Made by a program: the position numbers and the translations under genes. Below are positions 13,933-27,190 of a stretch of DNA of 64,000 bases, piece by piece. The stretch lies in the NCBI RefSeq assembly GCF_009914755.1, contig NC_060928.1; one strand, 5' to 3'. Under the pieces are notes generated by a model. The model was given only the letters and a program-made list of their open reading frames with translations. It made no database searches and was not told the DNA's origin. This stretch comes from the human T2T-CHM13v2.0 reference genome, Homo sapiens. Positions within the stretch are counted from its first letter, which is position 1. Each line of letters starts with the position of its first letter.

Positions 13933-14084
13933 AGTTATAGAGATAAGTTGTATTTGATCTATTTCACCCTAAAGCTTTGACATTCGCCTATGTACCAATG
14001 ATCCCAAATTAACGTGCCTATTCAAGATCTTTCTGCAGAGCTCCCTCCATACCTCTATTTACCATAACAACAATAAGAACAACC

Positions 14085-14350
14085 ACCGCAATAATAATAT
14101 CAAATACTTATAGAGGACTCACTAGGCAGTATCATATAGGGCTAGGCAGTAATCAAGGAAATTTATGCATGTTAACTCATTTAATCCTCACAGCAGCCCT
14201 GTGAGGTGCATATGTTTCTTTTATCTCTTTTATAAGTGAGGATACTGAGGCACAGAACCATTAAGTAACTTGTCAAGGGTTATACACCTAATAAGTGGTG
14301 AACTCAAGATTTGAACCAAGCAGTCTGGTTCTATAATATTTGCTACTAAT
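14085..14350 (-). mobile_element. MIR SINE
   Basis: CTCATTTAATCCTCACAGCAGCCCTGTGAGG...GAGGATACTGAGGCACAGA...AAGTAACTTGTCAAGG. Confidence 0.85.
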
Positions 14351-14460
14351 GACTTATATTCTCCATCAGTGGTCCATGAATTTTGTTCACTTAACTGTTA
14401 TATACACCAACTAAAATGTCAACAGCTGAAAACTCAAATCTGCCAAAGTCCGTTGGCTTC

Positions 14461-15520
<1,060 letters not shown>

Positions 15521-15722
15521 TCAGAGAACTTTGCCTGTATGCAGAAATGAAGTCCCTCTAGAAAACTTCTAAGCATTCTCCTCTTCTGTGACCAGTGAGA
15601 TTCCCAAACAGCCCTTATTTCTCTCCATTATGAAAAAGGATGACTATATAGAGTAATTGCTTTCTTCCTCACTAGACCTAAAGCTCCTTAGGACAGGTCT
15701 TTTGCAAACATTTAGTATACAC

Positions 15723-15744
15723 GAGAGAGAGAGAGAGAGAGAGA
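15723..15744. repeat. (GA)n microsatellite
   Basis: Seen directly. Confidence 0.9.
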
Positions 15745-18399
15745 CATTCATTTTAAAAGACATTGAAATATCAGCAATGGTGTATGACGACGACACTTTG
15801 CGTGTAAAGTTGATGTTGAATAAAAATAAAATTATAGTCTTAGATTTTGTGTGTATGCCCCTGTGTGCAGGTGAAATGAATCTGTTAAAGGGACTGAGGT
15901 CAGCAACAAAGAACAAACTTCTTATAGGAAAATATGGGGATGCATGAGAGAATTTTTTGTTTAAAATATAAATACCCATCATCTAAGGAATCCTAAACTG
16001 GCAAAAAGCTAGAAAATGCCCAGCAAAATTCCAGGCACTTTGGAAGGGTAGGAAGAGACAAATTAAAAAAAAAAAAAAAAAAAAAAAGAAACATAAAACT
16101 TTGCTCATCCAGTCTACCTGGGGTGCTTACTGTTTACATTTGGAGATAAAATATCCCCCAAATGAACTCAGAGTGGCTACCAGCAAAGTATCAGACACCT
16201 GCCAGAGCAAATGACCAGAAAATGACAAGTCACAGATATTGTCCCAGTCATTAACGAGTAGGTATTGAATATACTTTGTGATCACTTAGAGCTGTCACAG
16301 AAATGAACGCTGGGCCTCAAGAAATCTGAAGAGGCCCAAGGAAAAAATAACAGAGTAGGAGAAACGAAACTTGAGGAGCAGAAAAAGACTAGTTTGGCAA
16401 ATGTGGATCTATTTTGCAGACAAAATTAAATCTTTGACAATGTGATATTTGAAAGCTATTCAACACTTATCTTCCCTTTAGTGTTTATAGTGCTTGCACA
16501 TTTATGATTAAATTTCTTCACTGTTCATCCATGCATTACTTTGATGTTTTATTATGAACATTCTGTACACATATATCTGTACATTCATAAATGGGCTTCG
16601 GAAATCAGTAGCCCACAGACCACATTTAACTAAACATTTACTAAAATATATTTTTGTGATAAAATAAAATTATTTTAACTGCTCCTTATTTACAATGTTT
16701 CTTGCCATTAAAATAAAATATTGAGATGTAACTTTTCAATGTATAATTTTAAATGCTCCTTTTTAAAAAAAATCATAGTTTATCTGAATTCAACACATTT
16801 CGTTAGCATCGATTTACTATGGCGTGTGTTTGAAGGTACATGCAATATGCACGTGCCAAATGAATTCATTAAGACCAGTGTGATTACGGTGAATGTCAAA
16901 TGAATTAATAATAATGGGACCTCTAAGTGTTACCATTACTTTCACAGTGTGTTACTGTTTTTATACTTATGAGCCCTGAGGATAAATGACACTCACATAT
17001 TACCCTTTTATATTAATTGTATCTGGATAATCAAAGGTTGGTCTAGCAACCTTGTGGGCAGTAACATTTTCTAGCTCCCTATACACAGAGAAATCACTAT
17101 TATAAATTTCATTGAAGACTGATTTCATATTTTAGATTCCAATTATAAAAGGCATTTATATTATGCCTCCTACACACCCACTGAAATGTTACAGCCTGTA
17201 GACATATTTTTTCCATGAATGATATTTAGAATAAAGAATTTAAGTAGCTCACGACTTTTTCTAGGCATTTGTATTTTTCGTTCCTTGAGAATAGACAGCA
17301 TCCCATAGATAGACATATGCACATGTATACATATTTAATCTTCATTCTAATAGACACATACATACAGAGGCACACACATAGACACATATGTTCATTGTTA
17401 CTCAATTACTTGACCTGGGAATCATTATATTTTTAACAGCAGCTCCCTCATCAGCGAAGTTATAATGAAACTACCTATCCCACACTATTTATGAGCTTTG
17501 AAAGACTGTCTACTACCCTATAGAAGATGCATATTTTTTTTCCTTGCTTTTCATTCCTAATTCAGCCTTTTATTTTTGTCCCAGTGGTAATTGGTTGGAA
17601 GTGCAGGTAGGAGGCTTTGGATGGATGAAAAGGAAAATGTTGAAATGAAAGAAAACATAAGTTTGTTGTGGCTGCAACCACGTGTAATCGATAAATCTTA
17701 TTGTAATGCCTGAATAAAGTGATCATGAGGCCCAGTCCTTCAAATACAGAGGAAGCAAAACAAAAATGGAGGAAGGGTGTTCAAATCGAAAGAAAAAGGA
17801 ATCAGGAAACTAGAGTACTATTTTGTCCTTTTATCTTGAAACTTCAGTACCTATTGTCCTTTATGCTTCAAGAAATAGCAGATTGATTTGCTTGTTTGTT
17901 TTAATGATCAAACTTAATAACCCCGCAAACTACTTCCCCACTTCTTGCTTTCTATTAATTACAGTTTCACATTTGTTGCTAACCAAGAATAAGTTCAATA
18001 AATGTTATTTCTATTTCAATGGTAGGTATTCCACTAAAAAGAAAATGGATGAGCTGGAAACACAACATCATTGATAATGGTGTTTTCAAATAGAAAATAT
18101 TTTGAGTTACACATAGTCAACTCACTGGCTTTCTACTGCAGTACAAGAATTCAAAAACAGGTACTCTCTTTCCTGGTCAAAGTTTCAGTCACGACTTTTA
18201 GGGTCATAAATGGCATATTTCTCAAGTTTATAGGTGATATATAACTGTGACAGGCAATTAATTCAGAGGTAGAAGCATCTACATTCAAATAGAGCCACAC
18301 CAGCTTGAATATAATCTAACAAGAATATAGTCCTCAACCTACAGCCTTACCCCTAAAAAAAGATAACCACATTTCAGAGAGGAGTCAATAAGGCTTGGA

Positions 18400-19040
18400 G
18401 AAACATCTGTGAAAAATACATTTTAGTTGACTATAAATTCAATAATAGTCAAGTGTGTGAAAAAAAAGCTAATTTATTTTTTGACCATATTACCAAAAGC
18501 ATGGTATCAAAATCAAGGAGGTGAAAATCCCTCAGAACCCTGGTTTGGCAGGTCAGATGTGAAGGACTCCACTCAGTTCTAAACATCCTGTCTCAAGAAG
18601 GCATTTACACACTCCCTGCTCCCAGAAAAAAAGGCATGATAAGCTTAAGACGATGGTAAAGGATGCCACATGAGAAGATGCTGAAGAAAATAGAGGTTCT
18701 AAATCAGTGGGAAAATTATAGCTGTTGTCAAATACTTAAAGGGCTAACATGTGGAGCGGGGAGACATTTAGTCTGTGTTGCTCCAGCGTTTAGAGTCACG
18801 TCTAATAGGATGCAGTTACAGAACCACACCTCATACAGATATGGCTCACTGTAAGGACCAGTAGTATCATTAGGGCTGGAAATAGAACTGACAATTTCAT
18901 GAACACGAAAATTCATCACCACTGATAGGATTCAAGCAGATGTTTAAATATCACCCTGTCAGGGGTAAGAAGGCAAGGGGATATCATATAGCATTAACTT
19001 TTAAGTATTGATTAGTAAGGCGTTAACTAGGAGAAGGGTT
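18400..19040 (+). mobile_element. L3/CR1 LINE fragment
   Basis: ATAGCTGTTGTCAAATACTTAAAGGGCTAACATGTGGAG...TCTGTGTTGCTCCAG resembles the L3 3' region. Confidence 0.65.
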
Positions 19041-19064
19041 AGATAATAACTTCTATCTTTTTTC

Positions 19065-19297
19065 TTTTTACTGTGATCCACAGTAAGCAATACATTTTAT
19101 ATTAGATGTATTCACACATAGAAGTCTATAGAATTGAAATACAGTTGTTCAAAAAATAACTCTTAATCACACACAGTTTACTCATATATTCCATTCTACT
19201 CTGGTTTAACCGAATTCAGTTTTTAATGCTATTTCATCTTGTTGGATTGATTTCAGTTCCCAATAATAGATAATGACCCACAACTTAGCCAACACTG
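19065..19297. mobile_element. hAT-Charlie (Charlie4-like) DNA transposon fragment
   Basis: Ends TTGATTTC...CCAATAAT...GACCCACAACTTAGCCAACACTG, resembling a Charlie4 terminus. Confidence 0.45.
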
Positions 19298-20079
19298 AAC
19301 AGGATGACCACTTCCAACTCCATGATTCTATTGTTGGATGTCACAGAGGACGAACATCTCCCAGGGTGTGAACCAGATGCTTCCCACGTGACTGACAGTC
19401 ATAAGCAAATGGACAGCAATATCATGAGTTTCCTCAGACTTCTCTCACATTTTTGATTTCAATTTAAATTTAGAACTATAATATAATAATTTGGAATGCT
19501 TTAGTAGGGTACCTATAAACAACCTATTTTCAGTCAATGATAGCATCCAACAATAAAACCTAGCATCTAAAGGGAAGGGTTACAACAGAGATTCTTAGCA
19601 ACTCCTTGATAATTCCATGCCATCGTTGTTATCTTGAACAAGGAAAATGCAGTATAGTGAGAATATGTGGCTGGCTGACATGAAGGGGCACAGAGGAGGG
19701 AGATGATGAGTGACTGTGAGCAACCTATTACTAGAGTGAGGCATGAAAGAAAACTAGAAGGGGAGACTTAAACAGCCACCAAAGAGTGCTGGGAATTTAC
19801 ACACTTTCTTCCAATATTCACAGTGACCCACAAGAAATATCTCAGATGATGGAAAGGAAGCTGGGTGGGGTAAAAGGATGTGCCTGAAGCCATACAATCA
19901 GAAATGGATATGATTGCTGTACATTAAGAACTTTAAAAAATAAGTAGACACTCGGGTGTTTCCTGTATGGTCCTCAGTTTTATACTTGGGATAAAAGAGA
20001 TAAGTGACTTTTCAGACGGGGAAATCTTTCAGGCCGAAGAAAGGTAAACTTTCAGAAGTGGCGCAGTCTAGAAAATTAG

Positions 20080-20712
<633 letters not shown>

Positions 20713-21508
20713 TAAATTTCAGTCACTTCCATTTTGTAAATCAAATGTTTATTGTATATTACTGAAAAATATCAGTAGAAAGGAAATATAAAATTGTCAT
20801 CCCTCTGGTTTACTTAGTATAATCCAATTTGCACTCAAAGGTATCATATTCACATGTTTATATCCTCTGTCCCCATTTGTATTTACTTTTATCGATAATA
20901 CGAGACAACTACTCTGCTCAGAATGCAGTTTTCTTCTTTCTGCAGAGGTTAGAACTGAATCATTTTGGGTGTCTTCCTAGAAACTGCTTGGTGTTTCTTT
21001 TAAGTTCATACAATTCCAGCAGGGCCTGCTCCCTATTCAGTCATTGGGGATAGATTTATATTTTCAGAGAAAAACCTAAATATGCAAGGCTAGCCTGACA
21101 ACATGGTTACAGGGAACCCCTGCCCCACCTGTCAGTACCCCTAATCTCTTGTTGTGGCTTTTACCTGGGGGCCCAGCCGCTAATGACCGGACAGTCCACC
21201 TGCCCATGCCTGGCTTCCCGCCCACCTCATAGAGTCACCAGCTGCCTTTCTGGGCCAATCAAAGAAAAGAAATTACCATGGCAGAAAATGACTTCAGGAC
21301 TTGGCTAAAAGTGGCAACTTAAGGAGTTGGCACCACGTTTGGACCTTGCTGGTGGTGGCGGGTGGTGGAGAAGGCAGCTGTTTCAGACCTCCAGCCGGAT
21401 GACTTGAGGACACAGAGGCAGGGAAGATCTGGGAGATGTCCCAGCCTTTTGAAAGTCGATTTTTCTTGCCCTGGCTCCAAGCCCTAAAGGTTCTCTTAAT
21501 GATAGTGA

Positions 21509-21842
<334 letters not shown>

Positions 21843-22291
21843 AGATTGGTTTTTTTTCTATGCACAGGACCAGTCATGTCCATAAATATCTCCCTAAAAT
21901 GTTATGAGTTCAAAGGTGAAAACAGGGCAATTGAATTAATTGATTGGACAATCCAGTTCCATCTAATATAAATAAACTGAATTCAATGATTTCAAGTCGG
22001 TGCTATAGAGTCTGAGGACATAGATGCCATAACCCATGCAGGCTCAGCTACAGGGCGAGCCGGGACATAAGTCAGGAGGGAAAGAAACCAGGGTGAAGGG
22101 CAGGTGCAGCTGGAGGTCCAGCCCAGGACACTCACAAGCATTCGGATTAACAGTGCCTGTTTCTGGCCCACATCAATACCTAGTAGAACCCAAGAAGGTG
22201 GGATTTCCAGGCATCATTGCCTTCTGGAGTCAAGGAGTGACTGTATTAATGTTCTGGGAAATTCAGTCAGTTTGAAGCAAAACCTTATTTA

Positions 22292-22552
22292 GAAGGTGAA
22301 GCACAGGAGATTTTAGGCAACGAAACTCTTCTATGTGATACTATAATGGCAGAGACAGGCCATTATATATTGGTCAAAGCCCACAGAATGTACAACACCA
22401 AGAGTGAACCCAATGTAAACTATGGACACCGGATGATAGTGATTGTTAATGTTGGTTCATCCATTGTAGCACATGGGCCAACATCTGCTACAAGATGCTG
22501 ATGGCTGGGGATGCTGTGGGTGGTGGAGAGGGGTGCATGGGAGCTCTCTGTG
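22292..22552 (+). mobile_element. L1MC-like 3' end fragment
   Basis: CCACAGAATGTACAACACCAAGAGTGAACCCAATGTAAACTATGGAC, a hallmark of the L1MC 3'UTR. Confidence 0.8.
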
Positions 22553-23243
22553 GAATGAGGACAGAAAGCTGTGTGAGCCACAAACAGGGCTCTCTTCTTA
22601 ATGGGAGGGTCTGGAGTAAAATGAGAAAATCAGGCTTAGGGAAACAGGTATTCAGGTTTCCTAAATTTCCTTGTGGGAACCTGAGAACAGAACTAGTGGG
22701 AATTCTCCCTAATGGCATCCTGTATTTGTGGGTGGAGATGATATGTCTCATGTCCTGGAAGACAGTCTTTCCATTGGCCAGAACTAGCACGGTGTGGTTC
22801 TAACCTGCTTGGTGGTGGAGACTGGGTTTCATTTATTGCTATGGGCCTGGCTTCCAGTACTTACCTGACCCATAGGGAAAGAGGGAAGAAGGAGTGTAGC
22901 TAAGCCAGTCCCTGCTGGGGAGCAGTTAGCATTTGCCTACCGGAAGCTCAGTTCCTACAGAAACCCTCCTCAGGCCAGCGTCAGGTAGGTGGCCTCACAG
23001 GTGTGCTGCCGACAATAAAGGGTCGCTGGGAGCAAGCAGAGCAAGAGTGAACAAACAGCCTCAAGAGGGAGTTTTTTGGCATTCGTCATAATTTCCAGCA
23101 AAAGCACATCCCACTGGGTTATCAGACTGCAGACCACTCGCTGGCCGTGACCATTTACAGCTTCCCTTCTCTGGCCTTTGTTTCTTCTTAAAAATGGGAA
23201 GACACTTTGGAAACTCTAACATAAATGTAAAATATGATCATTC

Positions 23244-23549
23244 AGCTGGACATGCAGTGCCTCACATCTATAATTCCAGCACCCTGGGAGACCGAGGTGG
23301 GAGGTCCCACCTTGAGGCCGGGAGTTTGAGACCAGTCTGGGCAACATAGCAAGACCCCCATCTCTACAAAAAAATTAAAAAATAGCTGGGCATGCTGGCC
23401 TGATCCTGTGATCCCATCTACTCAGGAGGCTGAGGTGGAAGGATTGCTTGAGCCCAGGAGTTCAAGGTTACAGTGAGATGTGATTGCACCACTGCACTCC
23501 AGCCTAGGCAACACAGTGAGACTCTGTCTCTAAAAAGTTAAATTAAATT
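23244..23549 (+). mobile_element. AluJ
   Basis: GGATTGCTTGAGCCCAGGAGTTCAAGGTTACAGTGAG (J-type). TSD AAATATGATCATT on both sides. Confidence 0.93.
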
Positions 23550-24634
23550 AAATATGATCATTTATACAGTGACATATAGTTTGTAGCTATAAAATTTTCT
23601 TCTGCTTTCCCCCATTTTTATTTGTAGATTGCAAAACCAAATGGTGAGATGTAACCTCAGACAGTGATCTGCAAAGATTAAAGGGGTCAGATATTATCTT
23701 GAAAGCAAGTTATGTGGGAAGTTTGCATCATGTATCGGGGAACTTTTCCCATTTCCATAAACTATTCTGACCCAAAGGGAGGGTGGAGTTCCCTCAGTCA
23801 GAGGATGGGGAGCGTCTGGTGTTGGGACTCCCTAGTTCTCTACCTGCTTTTAACTAATACCCAGGAAACTTTCTCTGCTCAAAGTTAGTTTCCGCCAAAT
23901 TATCTGTCTATATGAGTGGGGACAGAAGCTCTTCTCATGCCAGTGGTTCTCAGCCAAGAGCTTGGCATTTAAAGCCTTTCTTCCCTTCCTTTCTGACCAC
24001 AGTAGCTGCATTCGCTGCACAGTTCCTGCTCCGCTCGGAAGGAGGCTGTCAGGCTCCTTAGAAACCACCCCTTCCATGGCTGGAAGTGTCTCCAAGCAGT
24101 GTAGTATGCTGTTTATTTCTTATTTGTTCCTAAGTGACAGCAGCATTTCCACTTTTCCTGCTGGTTAATCCAAGGTTTTAGTGACAAAACAGGCTCCACT
24201 TGAGCACTGTGCCTTAATCATCCTTTAGTTACCTGGTTTACACTGGAGCCGCACTTGAGCAGGGGGCTGGGAGTTGTTAGCCAGGCATTTTCTCGCTTTG
24301 TCCTTGTGGCCCTCATGGTCAAGTGCAGGGAAACTGGAGCAGCCATTCTGAATAGAAGCAGCCCCCTGGCTTGGAAACAGCCAACTTCCAGATGGCCCAC
24401 AACTGACCTGCCGCTGCTCCCGACTGTGGAATGAGCCTCCGCGTAAGCCACAGCTCACGCTTGTCTCTCTTCTTACTCTTGCCTCGTCTGCATTTTCCCC
24501 CAATCCTTTTTTTCTTTTCTCCCTTCTAATGTAGCTCCCAAGAGCAGGCTCCTTCTAATAGAGTAAGGAACCAGTGCAGAAGAAAACAGGAACTGCTGGT
24601 TTGAAATGCTTCTCTAGGAAAAGCAGAAGAAAAT

Positions 24635-24742
24635 TCCTCCTCCTCCCCCTCTTTACCTCTTCTTCTATTTTCTCCTATTGTCTCCTCTACTTCTTCCTCA
24701 TTTTCATCCTCTTCCTCCTTTCCCACTGCCACCTTCCCTTCT
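24635..24742. repeat. Pyrimidine-rich (TCC/TCT)n low-complexity tract
   Basis: Seen directly. It explains the E/R-rich ORF at 24526-24732. Confidence 0.8.
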
Positions 24743-25524
24743 CAAGACCCAGAATTCAGGATAGTTCTAGCAGTATTACAGTGCAACTACAATCCAGTTA
24801 GCTGAATAGGCTTCAGGGGCACAGGCCAGGAACCAAACTAGCTTGTATTAGGTGTTTCCTTGGGAAATACACTTTAAATGGCAACGCACTTACCTTGAAG
24901 ACCTCAACCCACTCTGAGGTTGGGTACAGCTTGTGGTGCTGGGTGTATTTTGGACAGCTGTCTCCTATAGTTAAGAAATCAAGACAATCCCCGAAGTATA
25001 CTAAAGTATCAAGCCATTGTATGTTTTGCAAAATCATATTAATCTCTAATAACATCATAAATTTGTTTACTTAGCCCTGCTAGCCTGAGTGATGACATGC
25101 AATTGATCTTTGCCTGACAGAGCCTGCGACACTGGCCCAAGAGAACACACTGATTCGACTCCACAAAAAGCATTTGGGGTTAAATGTGCCAGGTGTGGGC
25201 CGGGCAGATGGCATAGCAGCGGTGCCTTGTGTTGTCATGCACATAATCTGATTTCTGAAATGACCTCGAGACACCAATTTGCTCTGCTCGATATCAGGTG
25301 TGCTGTGAGAAGCCCAGTCTCTGGGGAACACTCACACCACTTTTCAGCACTTCTCATCTGTGGGCTAATGGACAGCACTCTCATTGGAAATGGCACTGTT
25401 TGCTCTTCCCACAGGAAGAAATTGTTAAAATGCTGGTAGCTTTAGCAGGCAGCAGGTGTGGCAGCACATCCTGAGTAGATAATTGCAAATATGTTTTTAG
25501 TTGCAACTTTGGCACCCAACAGTA

Positions 25525-25572
25525 AATAATACCAATTCCTACAAATGCAATAATACCAGTTCCTACAAATGC
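25525..25572. repeat. Two-copy 24-bp tandem duplication
   Basis: AATAATACCARTTCCTACAAATGC x2, 1 mismatch. Confidence 0.9.
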
Positions 25573-26486
25573 ACAAGGATGGAGTTTAATTTTCTTTGAA
25601 CAACTGTTGAGAACCTATTTATTTTCTTTTTTCCTATTTTCCCCAATAAGCTGTTTATTTTTTCCATGTTAAGCCTTAAAGTAAATTTGCAGTGATACAC
25701 CGCAGCATTATTTTCTTTTTACTGAATAACAGTGATAACACAGCAAACTTTCCGTTTATTTCTAGCGAACTTTGTATAACTCATAATAGGATGGGCTGTG
25801 TGACCAAGATGTTTATATTTCTCTACTCAGAAAACTAAAAGAACCAGAGGACCAAGCTCTCTAAATTTAATGATCCAAAGACAAAGATTTTGCAAAGAAA
25901 TCTTTGCAAAAGATTATAGCAGAAATTCAATTAGGGTTCTCTGCTAACTTCTCCAATTTTATTTTAGTAAATTTCTATATTTTGCTTAAAAACATCAGCT
26001 ATCCCAAAACTTTCAGCCGAAATTATACTTTCACACCCTAAAAACAACAAATAGAGGGCCTCACTTCCTTCCCTGGATTTGTGTGACACTAAAATCATGT
26101 ACTTTTTATCAGTTGTCAAATGCTTATTTAATAGGTCAAAAAATTATTTCCAGTCCTGGAAGCAGAATGAATAGATTGATAAAAAACATTTTACTTTTTA
26201 GCCAGTTGGGTTGATCATATGAAGACAAGATTTTGTCCTTGGCAGAAACTTTCCATAGCATAGGATCTTAAAGTACAGGATATTAAAGACAAATATACTC
26301 TGCAAATAATGACCTAGGAGTAATAGTTTAAATTACTGACTGTATCAATAATAAAGAACAATATTTCTCCTGAAAACTTTGTACTCTCATCCTGCCAGAA
26401 AGTTTAGGGACTTCTTGGGATATAACACTATTTTGATTTCTCACAAATCATTCTTATTTCTTAGAAAAGAAAAATCCACTTTGAAT

Positions 26487-26839
26487 ATTTGGCCTTTTTA
26501 CTCAGTGACATGCATGGTGAGGCACTGTCCTGCCCAAATCCAGGACGGAATGTTCATTTCTGGCCGCTGTATCTTAATTGGGAAATTGACATCCTGGAAT
26601 ATATTTGAAGAGAAAGACTCAGTCCTTCAAAAAGCTGGGAAAAAATATCATCTAAAGAATGCCTGAAGGAACAAGATATTCATCATGGAGAAGTCAAGGG
26701 ATGGGGAAAACCGAGATACGCTGTCCGGCATCATCTCAGAAGATGCACTTCTGATACAGCGGCCAGAAATGGACATTCCCTCCTGGATTTGGGCAGAACA
26801 GTGCCTCACCATGCATGTCACAGAGTAAAAAGGCCAAAT
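26487..26839. repeat. 87-bp inverted repeat with 179-bp spacer
   Basis: Arms 26487-26573 and 26753-26839 are reverse complements, 83/87 identical with no gaps by manual alignment. Confidence 0.95.
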
Positions 26840-27190
26840 CTCAGGGATTGAAGGACCATGATGAGGACAACTCTAATCTTACACCGTGGTTCCAAAAGAC
26901 AGAATCACCACCAGAGACTGGAAGTCAGAGAGGGATAGCCTTTACATCAATAAAAGAAAGAAGTTACTCTTTCTGAGAACTGTTACAAATAGTGTGTATT
27001 CCAATATTATGTGGTCTCAGTAACTCTTATTAGAATTCCTAAAACTATTACAAATAGTGTGTATTCCAATATTATGTGATCTCAGTAACTCTTATTAGAA
27101 TTCCTAAAATAGCAACAGGCAGCATTACAAAGTCTCAGCATGGAGCTGTGGGAACTAGGACCAGACCACCTGAAGGTTTCCTTCCAAAAG
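26500..27190 (+). mobile_element. L3/CR1 LINE fragment carrying young local duplications
   Basis: TGTTCATTTCTGGCC...GGGAAATTGACATCCTGGAA and later GTGGTTCCAAAAGACAGAA...TGGAAGT...CAATAAAAGAAAGAAGTT resemble consecutive L3 segments. Confidence 0.55.
26978..27109. repeat. Two-copy 65-bp tandem duplication
   Basis: AACTRTTACAAATAGTGTGTATTCC...TTAGAATTCCTAA at 26978 and 27043, 2 mismatches. Confidence 0.95.

Noticed and set aside
21090-21500. GC-richer segment with CCAAT and CCGCCC boxes suggesting a promoter
   Set aside because: There is no CpG island or downstream exon. It may be an old LTR remnant that I cannot assign.
24526-24801. Acidic ORF and opposite-strand hydrophobic ORF
   Set aside because: Both are products of the (TCC/TCT)n low-complexity tract.
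25888-25911. 11-bp-arm palindrome TTTTGCAAAGA-AA-TCTTTGCAAAA (also short hairpins near 44868 and 58539)
   Set aside because: Short AT-rich hairpins with no supporting context. Bacterial-style terminators are irrelevant in this genome.
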